From: Yuukianura sp. NJ FZ-2021
Lineage: Eukaryota
Direction: 5' to 3'
Length of the DNA: 64,000 nucleotides
Assembly: GCA_046563655.1 (NCBI GenBank)
Contig: CM102290.1
Location: 9,982,001 to 10,046,000, forward strand
Translations under genes and position numbers: made by a program
Notes under the pieces: generated by a model
Database searches by the model: none
What the model was told of the DNA's origin: nothing
Seen by the model: only the letters and a program-made list of their open reading frames with translations
Shown: positions 1-19,309 of the stretch, in pieces
Layout: every line of letters begins with the position of its first letter
How positions within the stretch are numbered: the first letter of the stretch is position 1

Positions 1-1476
1 TGAATTACCCAAGGAGAAGGATCCCTTGGAGTCAGCAGCAGCCGAAGAAGAGAAGCGAAAGAAGGAGCTGGAAGCACTGCTCGAGCGGAAGAAAGCAGCG
101 TTCGAACAAGCCCTCCAAAGTCCACTACGTCCTTCGTCACCTGAAAGAGTATCTATTGAAGGGCCGTATGTTCATACGTATGACCATAACTATTCCATGC
201 CCTGGAGACCTACTGTTCCTGAACCCCCTCCGGTTGCCGAGGTCAAACCAGTCATTCCGCCTGTTCCAGTGTTGAAGCCGAAGAATGAACCAGTCAAACC
301 CTTGCCGAAGCCGAAGGCTACTGCTCGACGAGGAACTCGTGCTAAACCAGAACCAGTCTTCTCTCCAGTCAAACCAGTCAAGACTATTACGTCCTTTGAG
401 CAGCGATCACAGGCAGAGCAAACGAAGATTCTGACTGAATTTCTGTTCGCTGGAGTGGATCTCGAAGACATCATGTATTTTAAGAGTTGTTTCGAGAATA
501 TGAAGAAGGATCCGGCTCAGGTAAGTAACAAAGTTATTTAGTTATTTTAGTTTAATTATTTTGTTAGTTTAGTTTTATTAAAAAAAATGGAAATTGTAAC
601 ATGCCTGAGTTGCTCTTAGGCTTGGATTACCCGGACACATTGGAAGGACCATCCGCCAACGAAAATCTTGGAACGAAAGAAAAAGTCGAAGCGCCGAGTG
701 CATGCTAGCGGTTCTGCGAGGACAGAAGGATTTTATCATCTGGATGAAGACGAGAAACGACGGCACAAGATGCAATGGGCGAAGGTTATGACAGTAGAAT
801 ACAGTGCTCCTGGAACCGCTGGAGCCGTGGGTGTGACGGCTCTTGTTCATGAAAAACATCAAGGAAAAACTCAAATTGAAAAGTCGAGAGAAGCGAGGTC
901 TCAACAACGTCGCATTCTGACTGCCCTTGGAACAGAAGTTACATCTACGTCGGATCTGCTCAAGTTCAATCAACTCAAATTTAGAAAGAAGAACCTGTGT
1001 TTCCGCCGAAGTACGATTCATGACTGGGGTCTGTTTGCTGCTGAACCAATCGCTGCTGACGAAATGGTTATTGAGTACGTGGGACAAACGATTCGACCGT
1101 ACTTGGCGGATGTACGAGAACAGAAATACGAGAAGCAAGGCATTGGATCCTCGTATCTGTTCAGAATCGATTTGGAGAACATCATTGATGCTACTAAATG
1201 TGGAAATCTATCGAGATTTATCAATCATAGTTGCAATGTAAGTCCTCGTCAGTCGTCTGATTGTAAATTCCAAAGGTAACTGATGAATCTTTGTTGTTTT
1301 AGCCAAACTGCTATGCTAAGGTGATCACAATACAAGGGGAGAAAAAGATTGTAATTTACTCAAAAGAAGCAATTGCCGTGAATGAAGAAATAACTTACGA
1401 CTACAAGTTTCCAATTGAGGAGAAGAAAATCATCTGTCTGTGTGGAACTCCGCAGTGTCGTGGAACCCTCAATTAA
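1..1476 (+). CDS. Set1: Histone H3K4 methyltransferase Set1/SETD1, 3' portion (N-SET, SET, post-SET); 5' end lies outside the window
   Basis: Exons <1-520, 620-1237 and 1303-1476 join through GT-AG introns. Motifs: WIN motif [60 protein letters not shown], and post-[16 protein letters not shown]. Confidence 0.97.
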
Positions 1477-1696
1477 AAGATCAACTTGGCGCCTGGAACA
1501 CTATTACGAGGAAATAATTTATTGCGTTTAGATAAGTGGTTAAAATTAATTAATAGTTTTAGACTTGTTTTACATTTCATACTCAGCTCCCCATACCCTC
1601 TCCTGTTTGACTCTTCTAAACACTTTGTTGGAAAATTAACTTTATTATTACTTGAATACCTGAAATTAACCGATCCATTAAATAGTTTACTCCGAT

Positions 1697-2420
1697 TCAA
1701 TCGATAGAAATAAACTGAGTACGTTGCATATCCATTTGTGATTTGGATATATCCGACAAAGCCCCTTGTAATTTCTCCAGTAACTTCTCACCACGGTCGA
1801 TGATTTCCTTGAGCTTCTGAGTTGCATCTATGTTCTCCTGTTCCAGCCGTCGAAGACTTGCCAGCTGAAAGTTAATCGAAGTATCAATTTAACTTCCAGT
1901 TAAGAATTAGTTTACGAGAAGAGTAGTTCTAGTTAGTACACCGATAACCGACAAAAAGAGTGGCAACGAACCTGAAGTTCGTGTGACGATTCCTCACTCG
2001 GAAGACTTTCAATGAGGTGATCAATGTCCTTGGCAGTTCTTGCAATCATTGTGGCAAACATGAGACTGTAATCTAGAAAGTTAAATAAAACAAATCAAGG
2101 AAATTAATACTGTGTCGCAGTAACTAACTTGCTAAACTAATTACTTCCCTTAAAGTGCATTACTTTGGTTATCCGGTGTTGGATTCGGTTGAGCTGGATT
2201 ATTGTTTGCCGATCGCTCAGGTGGGAATTTTGTGGGCGGAGACGCTTGTTGCAGAATTCCAATCGCATTGCAAAAGTTCTCTGCTTGCTGCAATTAATCA
2301 AACAAATCATAAATTACGTGAAAGTGAAAGTGAAAATTAGTGACGTGAAAGTGAAACAACTAAGCCTTTCCTTCTTACGTGATTAACAGCATCTTGTAGC
2401 TGCGTTAGACGATCAGTCAT
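1697..2420 (-). CDS. MED21: Mediator subunit 21 (Srb7), 4 exons; not in the ORF track
   Basis: Hand translation across three GT-AG introns gives [28 protein letters not shown]...|[76 protein letters not shown]..., which matches MED21. Confidence 0.95.
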
Positions 2421-4526
2421 CTTGCAATTTTGTAGTCACAAGTGATCTCAATTCAGTTGTCAATTAAACCAAAATTAAATCAATTTTGTAAATGGATTAC
2501 AACATTTCGTTTTTTCGTTCTTGAAGATAATCGATATTGTTTACTTTGTTTTGTTTTTAAATCTTCGAATGTCAATGTGAATGTACGTAACAATAAGTAT
2601 GTAATTGAAATCCTTCTCCCGCCTCTGGAATGTGTTTCCCAAAACTGAAAGAATGGCAGAAAACATTCAATACGGTTGGGAACAATAGCTCCGCGTATAT
2701 TCATTTCATTTCGAAAAAAAAAATTCAAGTTTGAATTTGATTCTTAGTTTTTATATTTCAAACATTTTGGTATTATTTTTAGCAATAAAAGTTGTTGTTT
2801 TTTTTTTCGTAATGTGTGCGGCATAAAAAAATCGTGACATTTGACCTTAAGCTTCAACTTCTCAGTAAACAACCAAATCGTGAAAAAATCATTGATAATG
2901 CTGGTTGTGTTTACAACAAAAAAGCGTCAGACCTTTTGACCTTTTGAAAATGGTATGAAAATAACATAGAAGTTCAAAGGACGCTGACGCTGTGCTCTTT
3001 TGCTTGAAAGATGAAAGTCTAGTAGAAAAGAGACATTTAGATGTAATATGATGATTTGACAAGAAAGCGGATATAAGCCTTGCATTTTTAAAGGTTCGAA
3101 AAATCTGGGTAGACGTAAAGTTTGAGGTCATTGGGGTCATGGAGCGTGACCCAAAGTGGCTGAGTCCATTAGCGTAAAACAGTGTTTGGCTTGAAGCCAA
3201 AATTTCTCTGAAATGGTTAAACCTGCCAATAGGAACTAAACTTTGAAATGAGCGTAACGTTTTGTTAATTTTAATTAATGAGAGTTAACTAAAGCTAACT
3301 TTTGTTTTTCTCACTATTCGAGTGAGTCACTTGTTGGGCCTCGCCTCCACTCACTATTCTACGTTCTAATCTGTCCTCACGCTCACTCCAAACAGACACA
3401 GAGAGACAGAATACTCACTCGAACGGAATGACTACAAACATATCCGCCCTAGAAGTTTCGCCGCCAATTCCGCAACATTATAACTTATCATCCGTCATTC
3501 TAAATTATTAGGAATTGTTAACGTTATTTCTAAATTAAATTTTTAATTCTTTTAATTCAACGAAATAAGGCCTACAATTTTGACAGAAGTCTGTTGTGGA
3601 TTTTTTTCCGATGAAAATTTAATGACGTTAACTAACGTCGACTAACCATCCTAAGTTAGAAGAATAGTACATACTAAATAAAGTTTGTCATGTCAATAAA
3701 TTAAGTAAAAGTGGCAGGAATTAGTAGGTTAACTTTTACCTGACATGAATGATAGCTTTGAAAGTCAAGATTGTAATTATTATTATTTTTATAAAAGTGA
3801 GTTTTAGTTGAGTCTGGCGGCAACTGCGTCAGAGTGGTGCATACCTCTGTTGGATCTGTAGAAAGAGGGTGTTTAATTTCCACGTCAGACAGTATTCTTT
3901 CTTTTTTGAAGCAAAGCAAAGGAAGCAGTTGACTTGTTCTCTCTGTTTCGGTTACTCGGCCTTTCATTTTTTGACAGCCGATTAGAAATCATCCTACAGT
4001 TGACAACTATTAATCACCAACGACAGGTCACCGTTTTTAGTTGAGGTCACAAGGTCACGGGCTGTCTGCTTCTCACGTCGTGACACAGCAACATCATCTG
4101 CGGGAGCTCAACAGCTGAGGTAAGACGTTCTCATTTTTCCCAACTTTCTCTCGATGATGATCATGACTATGCACAATTTCTTTCCGGCGTTAGATTCTTT
4201 GACGACGCAGCGAAATCGTCAGACAAGGTGACATCTCTGGTATTACGTAATAGCGTCACTTTCTGGAAGTGTCGAATCAGTATTATAGAGAAAGAGATAA
4301 CGCATCAAATCCAGGGGCTCCGATCAATGCTTAATTTTTTGACATTTTAAATTAGCAATTAGCTCCCACAAGGGTCGCTGGCATATCGTTCGTTTGCATA
4401 TTCATTGTACATTTTTCTGAAACTGTTTCTTTTTTGTTGCAGGTCAACTTTTGTTTCGACGTCTCTGTGACGCTGAGCTAACTCCAGCAATTTGCACCAA
4501 ATCAAAGTCTGCACAACACCAGCAAG

Positions 4527-11597
<7,071 letters not shown>

Positions 11598-12202
11598 AAC
11601 TAAATCGTTTAAATTATTCAAACCAGGTTCATCTTTAGGCAATTCCAATTAAACAAGAGGGGATAGGTCAAGTCCCTCCACCACTCAGAAAACACCAAAG
11701 CATAACATAGGCATTACGACATAAGGAAATCCAGCCAACCCGTAACCTTTGACCTTTCCCTTGTAGAGAGGTCAGAGGAGGAAACATTGGAACTGGAGTG
11801 AGCTCTGAATTGAACTAATTCCATGTTTAGAAAATACAAGACTTGAAGGTCATAGGTCATAAGAGCACCATCACAAATAAATAGAATTCTTTCTCTCTGA
11901 ACTTATCCTTAGAAATCTTTCTGCTTCTCTGTTATTTCCTAATTCATTTGGTTTGAAAGTTAAGTTTAAACTGGATAAGCAAGGTTAATTTAAGTTTAAT
12001 AATTAATGAACTAACATTCCAAGAAGTAAATGCACTTATGCACTTCTTAAAATACGCATTGCAAGGTACGAGTTATTGTGTGCACGGAAATGTTTTAACA
12101 AGTAGATTATGTTTTTATTTTAACAGTGGCTGAAGTCGTCAATGGAAAAACTAGGAAATAAGTAAGAAATGCTAAGGGGCTAATCATAAATTGAATAATT
12201 TT

Positions 12203-13311
12203 CTACTTGGACTTGACAAAGGTCTGTAGCTTGCTAAGGAGCTGCACGTACAGTGAGTGCTCGTAGTTTGTCGAATAGGCAGACAACTTATCCACAAATT
12301 CGTTAGTGATTCCACGTTCTTCCAACATGTTCATGAATAGGTCATACAGGTACTGAAATTAGAAACAACCAATTAGATATCATGCTTTAGTAAAAATTTT
12401 GAAATACTTCTATTGGAAGGAGAGTCTCAAGTTACCCCGTCAAGAATTTCACCAGCTACGGCGTAAGTTGAATCTTTTGGATCTCCAGTGTACAAAGAAA
12501 CTTCGTCGATGACGAACAAATCACCTGGAAACAGAAAAAACACGAATAAGCCATTAATGGAGAGTTTAGAATCGCTGGTTCTTACTGTATTCTTCCTGGC
12601 CATCTCCGGGTTGCTCAACGTCCTCCGCAGCGTATGAACAACTGAATGTCAACGTCTCATTGCCCTTTACAATGTCTACGTCAAAGTTCGGCTTGGACTT
12701 CATCTCCCCACCTTCTTCAGCACCGGCAGCTGGTTGTGCCGTTTCATCAACTGGCTCGGAGTCAACAGTGTGATTAACATTGAGTGTAATAACAATCCTA
12801 CATGTATAAAACGGTTCAATTTCGAAAATGGTAATTTAGGCTAACGGAGTACCACAGAAATAAAGACTTACGATTCATCGTTGAACTTCTTCTTGAATGT
12901 AAGCACGGATTCTTCAAATACAACGTCAAAATCTTCCAATTTCTTTGGCAAGGGCTGTGAACTCTTCTTTTCAGTAGCTATTTCTTCAGCAAGGAACGTC
13001 ACTAGCTCTTCGTCGCCTATAAAAAGAACAATTTAATTTACAGTAAGAGCATGTCATTGATTAGTTAACTAACTTCGTGTAATTTATTTTTTTAGAGGTT
13101 GCTTAAATTCCATACCCTTTGCCTTAACACTATGCATCTGCATAGCTTGGAATCCATTTAGAGATTTCATCATCTTCATGTTCTGTGAAACCGGCATGAC
13201 CGACACGGATTTCATGGCAACTTGCAATGGAGATTGTATGACATGTCCTGAACGGAGGGCAGTGGTGGAGAGAGCCCGAGCTCCAAAACGATTCAATGCA
13301 CACCGGAACAT
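12203..13311 (-). CDS. C1QBP: C1q-binding protein p32 (MAM33 family, mitochondrial acidic matrix protein)
   Basis: Arg/Ser-rich mitochondrial presequence MFRCALNRFGARALSTTALRSG, followed by GDEELVTFLAEEIATE, ITLNVNHTV, KSKPNFDVDIVK, ILDG|YLYDLFMNMLEERGI and YEHSLYVQLL. Five exons. Confidence 0.93.
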
Positions 13312-14373
13312 GATTAGTAATTGATGTCACTTTCGGATAATCGTTGACTAATTAAAACAAAAATAGGCAACATGCAACAACACGCAATTTCTTTGATACT
13401 TGATCTGGATTCGGCAGCACTGCCACTCTTGCTTCCCACACTACGAAACCAAATTCCAAAACGCGAAATTACGAAATATTTTTAAAAAACTTTGTATGTA
13501 CATATTTTACCGAGTGATCCGAAAAATAACTTAAAAGCTTTTTCTGCTAACGTGGTAAATGGAAACTTATTAAAATTTACAGAAATTCATTTTATGCTTT
13601 AATTAATATGTCAATTATTATTAGTCTGTATTACAAACTTTGTAATTAGCTGACCATTATTGACAAGTTTTGGTCTACGCCAAAAGGTTTGGCATTTCAA
13701 CCAATATATTGCAAGAAGAATTTTCAAATGCACTTGACTTAAGCCACTCCATACTGTAATATGAAAACAGGATGCCGCCCAAGGCACAACCCAAGCTAAC
13801 ATAAATTAAATTAAAAAACTTTCATTCGAAAAATCAACGTCATTTAACTCCTTAAATTTATTTCAATATCAAAGTGGGTAACACTTTAACTATAAATAAC
13901 ACAAAAACTTTATTAAACTCATTTCATTTTTTTTGTACTTTGAATCTCTTCATGTAGTATATCCACATTTCTACCTGCTAACCAAAGGACAATAATATTG
14001 ATTGGTCACTCGAAGCTATCACACTAATCGTTAATTGTCACCGCGTTAAGTTCAGATTACTTGTACATACTACTGCACGAAATATTTCTTTCACGAACAT
14101 ATAAATATAATTTGAAAATGCTTTTATAAATTCTCTCCCTTCACACACGAAAAATATCGTACTTGAACACTACTTACGCTAAATAATTACTATATGATGA
14201 GGATGACTACATTCTACTAACTAAATGCAATTCCGAAAGTAAAAGTTCACTCAACTCTACTAGTAGCTGCATGCTGAGTAGTAAACAGACTTACCATTGC
14301 GCGGAGATAGTTGATAGTTTTAGGTATTGTGTTGAATTAGGTATGGTATTATGTTGTAGTATTAGGTATGGTA

Positions 14374-16429
14374 TTAGGTTTTAGGTGAAGCTTTGGCTAA
14401 TTGTTGACCAGTGGTATTACGACGAGGCTTGCGACGTTCAAGGACTTTGCCAATGGGAAACTGCACTAAAGCTTGGAATGCCACCATTCGACGCTGATGT
14501 GCGGCGTCAACCTCATCATTGGGATTCGCCGTAGCTTTCTTTGCGTTTCTCATACGCGAACTGCGAAGCGTCATAGACGGTGACGCTGACAAAGCGAACC
14601 GTACCGGCAATCCAATTTTCCCTCTCTTTTTGGGTCGGGTTCGTTCACGCGGCTTTTGATTACGGATCCCCACTTTCTGTAATGGTACACAAATGAACAT
14701 TGTTTTACTCCCACTTTACAATCTCTTTCCTGGACAACAACATTAAAATAAATTCGTACCTCCTGGGAATCGACAGACATCTGAACTAGAAAAGGTGTCG
14801 CGGAGAATGAGATTGATGGAGATGCTGGTTGAACGTGAACCTGTTCAGTAATAGATGTCACCTGAGCATTCTGCACTTTCAGTTTCGGTTGGTCTACCTG
14901 CCGATTGACGATGTTGGAAAGACATGGGACGTGTGGAAGGAAGTCATTTTCATCTACAGAAGAACCAAGAACAACGCTGTTATTTAGTACTTCGTGCGGT
15001 ATCACCTGGTGTGACTGATATTTAGTATACTATTTACCTGAGTTGTCCGAGTTTGATCTGCTGACAACTTCCACTTTTATTCCCTTGCCACTTTTGCTTT
15101 CACAACTCTTACAATCACTGCACTTCCACTCTAGGGAGGATACACTGCTGCATCTGAGATGAGTACCGACGGAACCACAAAGCTCGCAGCGTATGATATC
15201 CCACAACCTGTTGTCCGTAAAATGATCAAACTACGAATTGAATTTTATGCTAATGTAATGAATGGCTTATGGAAATACTTTGTACTTGGAAAACTTATAA
15301 CATCGAGAAAACATCAGAGGAACTTACGGAGAATCATCTCTCGGCGTAAATTCGCGTCCCTTAGGACACAGGCATTGTGCAGCATCGCAGTGAAGGCGAG
15401 TTACGAGGTCTGCAAACGCATTTGGTTCGAGTTCCCAGGCGGCATCTCTAAAGATTGAGAAATTAGTTGTAATCGATTAAGAACAGAAAATTAAATAATG
15501 CCGAGGAAATTAGATTGGTCAAAGGATGGTCACCTGTCCGGAATGTAAATCCCGTTCATCTTCATCTCTTGGAAGAACTTCTGACTGCCACAGTTGCACA
15601 ACGGGCATTTGAAAAAGTATCCGGCGGTAACAGCAGTTTGCTGAGAAGAAATAAAACTTTGGTGAATTGAAGTAACAATAATCGAATACTACTAATCACG
15701 GTACCAAAAGGCAGGAACGATGGAACAGCTGATTGTGGCAACACGATGGCAGGATCCAGTCTTCCCTTCCAGTTTGTGTAAAGCACAATGGACATTCGTT
15801 TGACACTCCCTCTGGAAGTTGCTGTTTGGGCTTATGATTCGGACAATGAGATTTATAGGATCCAATAAACTCAAACAAGCATCCATTTAGGTATCCACAG
15901 CGGAAATGATACGTATGACGACAGATCCCCTTGCAGCAGCCAATGGTTGCACCGCCTTTTTTGCAAAACTTGCATTTCTGAAAACCAAAATAAAACTAAT
16001 GTTGCATCGGATTCCGACAACATTTTTATGTCGATTGATTATTACTAGTTAGGTGGTTTATTATTATTGTTTACCAGTCTCAAGCCTCTTTTGACTTCTA
16101 CTTTGATATCCTCCAGCAAGAAACCGAGAATCCCTTCGTTGTCACTTCCATTTTGTTGTAGACCCGATGTAAACAACTGCATATAGCAAAATAACAAATG
16201 TAGAATCCTCCAATATCCTTTGTAAAGCAAATTAGGGTGTTACCAAGCAATAGTAGTGAGTGACGACGTCTTCCAACTTGTACATCGGTCCCAATTCTGT
16301 TGCGTTGACTTCTGTACTTCGACAAAAGCAACATTTCATGTCCGACCGTTGTTCCCTGATCTCCACAGTCCCAGGATCGCCAAATTGGGTGTTCCCCAAA
16401 TCCCGCGTAGACATCCCAGTTGGCGCCAT
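14374..16429 (-). CDS. G2E3/PHF7/pineapple-eye-like ePHD-RING-PHD zinc-finger protein, without a HECT domain
   Basis: Spliced translation gives CCFC...[15 protein letters not shown]...[17 protein letters not shown]..|[14 protein letters not shown], then [47 protein letters not shown] and WKCSDC. A low-complexity basic tail ends PKT* at 14374. Confidence 0.88.
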
Positions 16430-17439
16430 TAGCAAAACTTGAAAACAACCCTTGACCTGTGTAATTCCCTGATTTCCTCCTATAAGAACGATTAAGCAAA
16501 GTAAATACGATTACAGACTGACAGGGAATCCAAAAAATGCAAACTGATATTACTCTTGCGTGATATTTCGCCGATCCTTCAGTGCTGGTGACTACATGTC
16601 TTCCTTCGCACCGGTACAAAGGTGATTGACCGAAGAAATGAAGTGAATGACCTGAAACCTGGAGGAAAGAGGAGTTGTGCGCAAAAGGTCACCAGGATGG
16701 AAACACTGAATTATAATACGAATCGAAATTGGAACGACACCCTTTGAATTTCCATAAAGTATCAATAAAGTAATTTTTTGTAAAGTAAGTTAAGTAGTAT
16801 TTAAAAGATTTAATTTAATTTAACATTTAATTGCAATAAATATTACATCGTGAAATCACCGCTATAAAAGCCTCAGGTGTAACCACCCCTACCATTATTG
16901 TAACTACAGTTCTTAAAGTAAGTGAACCATCAATTTTATTACCAAATCTAACACCTAAAAATGTTTATAAAAATTCAAGTTTTCAGTGAACCCAACCAAT
17001 GCTGCATTCCCTGGTTTCCGAATGCTTTGTGCAGTGGCTACATAGAATTACCGTTGGTTTCTTTCAACCAATAAAAGCATCAAAAAAAATTTTTTTCTGC
17101 ACTCATTTTTAAATTTTCTCCCTCCATACCATTTTCGCGGCGTTGAAAAAAGTTTTCCTAGATATTTTTGAGGCTGTCCTGCAAAATCCGGGACAATAAC
17201 GATATAAATTCAAAAAACATGGAAAACTTAAGTTTTAGTTAATTAATAACTCACTCGTCAAAGTTAATTAAATCAGAATTTGAAAATACTGTTGATATTG
17301 TACAAAATTCTTTTCAAATATATTTACATTAGTAATTTTGAAAACTCAGAGATAATGGAAACATATTTAAATTGAAATATTATAAGAATTGAAGGTAGTG
17401 TAAAGGTCATTGACTTTTGAACTTTGAGTGTTTGGATGA

Positions 17440-19309
17440 CTACTTTCGAGGCCAATTCTTTTCGACAAAGTCGAGCATAGCTCGTTCATGTCGTCGATCT
17501 ACGCAGGTAGCATAGTCCGGATAGTCCTCTTCCCAGTTCAGGAATCCATTTTCGTATTTGCAGTCAAACTTCAATGTGACGCTGAGAATTTTGCGCCATT
17601 TTCGGAAAACCTTATCGGGATCAACGACGTTCAAAATGTCAGCTCGTTGTTCAAGTTCAGCAGTTCGGACTGCACTCGTTGCTGCAAGACGATAGTCGCT
17701 TCCAATAGAACTGTCACTGTAGTCCCAGTGCTCGTCCAACTTTGGAGTGTAAGGTGGAACCCCACCTAAAAGAAAAACACCGTAAAACATTAAAACCCGA
17801 CTCATTAACACCGAAACACAATAAATGTTTTCGACTCACGTGATGACATGGGAGTGCGGTTGCGATGTGGAGTAGCAGGGGGCAAAACCGTCGCCGTTTT
17901 AGTTGTTTTGGTGCTACTTTTGTCTCGCTCGTCACGAAGTTTCCGTTTCTCCTTAGCAGCGATTTCTTTTTTGATTTTGGCGCGAATCCGATCGGAAAGT
18001 GTTTTAAAATCATACTCTGTTTCCCATTCTGGTGTTGGTGGACGCTTGTCAAAGAAACCAGTAGGATTGAACGGAGTGGGTGGCGGATTCGGACGAAGTA
18101 GAGGAATGCGTGCTGCGGAATTGGCTGGGCGTGGAGCAAAGTCCCAGTATTGGCTGTAGTCATGTCCAGCATCTGGACGGGGCATGCGCGGGTCACCGTC
18201 AGGACCCAGAGGACGAGAAATTTTTGGCAAAATGTCCAATGGCCCAGGACTGGCAGGTCGGGCACCAATCGGAATTGCTCTATAAGGCAACTCATCATCG
18301 GTAGCAGTACAACTGCCAAGTGAAGGAAATTGATCAACGCGGGGCGTCGTCACAAAGTATCCGTCTTCATCTACTCTCACTTTTTGCCTTTTTCGAAAAA
18401 AATCAAAGTTAGTTTAAAACTCCAAAATTTAAAATTTTTAAAAACTTAGAAAGAAACCCCAGGAGCTGTTTCCACATAAAGTTTTCGTCGTAGATGTCAT
18501 CAAGCAGTTCCTCGAGAGGTTCTAGATGTTTTGCTTGGTAGTCATCCAGGAGTCGTTTGCGCCGACGTATATCACGAAGACTTTTGAGGACGATGTGCCT
18601 ATGATGAAAATTTCAGAGGTTAGAGGTCAAAGGTAAAATCTTTAGCAAAATGTAAACCCTTACGTGTCAGACAAAATCGTTTGCCGCGCTCTGTTGACTC
18701 CAACGTTGTACCGAGCAATGAGATTCTGCATTTTTTCAATTTCTGAGCGAATTCCCATCCGACGCAGTTCGTTTTCTTCAAATTGTTTTTGCCGTTTCTT
18801 TGCAACTTTTTCACTTTCGTTGACTTTCAAGTGGATGTCCACCATCCGTCCAAGAATAAACGATTTGGCGCAAATCGGACAAATTCCGGTGCGACACATC
18901 CTAAAATTTTTTTTTTCATAAATTCGAAAGTTCTTCGATATTTTTGAATTTGCAAAGTTCAATCTTACCCTCCATTTTCTGTCCTCATTGACTTCCGTAG
19001 GCAAGCTATAAAAACAAAAAAGTTCCAACAAAAAATTCAAACGTTGAGACCTTTGACCTTAAACTTGACGCCGTGAGGTCACTGACCTTTGTGGAAGGCA
19101 TGCCCACACTTGAGCAGGACTGTCTGGAGCCCTGCCTCGTCCGTTGGAACTTTATACCACTTCTTCTGAAGTTTCGGATGCAGAAATGGATTTTCCGTTG
19201 GACCATAACTGTATCCAAAGCAGTTTCGGATGAGGTCATCCTCTCGTTTTCCTACCAAGTATTCGTTGCAAAAGTAGCACGCCAATCGTGTTTGTCGTAC
19301 TGGAGCCAT
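17440..19309 (-). CDS. Orphan RING-H2 protein, 503 aa: RING-H2, coiled coil, Pro-rich linker, possible chromo-shadow-like C-terminus
   Basis: Exons 19309-19087, 19005-18969, 18900-18664, 18598-18458, 18387-17840 and 17765-17440 join via GT-AG introns into one 1512-nt open frame. Splicing assembles CYFC-x53-CGHAFHKAC...CPIC. Confidence 0.8.

Noticed and set aside
578..1138. Long antisense ORFs over Set1 (similar ones overlap clathrin, DPYD and the RING gene)
   Set aside because: Shadow ORFs of real exons with no independent motifs.
3048..3165. ATGATGA...CTGA resembling a C/D snoRNA
   Set aside because: No terminal stem or recognisable rRNA antisense element; such boxes occur often by chance.
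14318..14386. ttaggtatggtatta micro-repeat
   Set aside because: Very short degenerate repeat at a stop codon and 3'UTR, with no further structure.
15006..15037. Apparent 32-nt intron in the G2E3-like gene
   Set aside because: A phase-compatible acceptor further on (ttcttctgtag, about 14954) gives a normal intron of about 85 nt.
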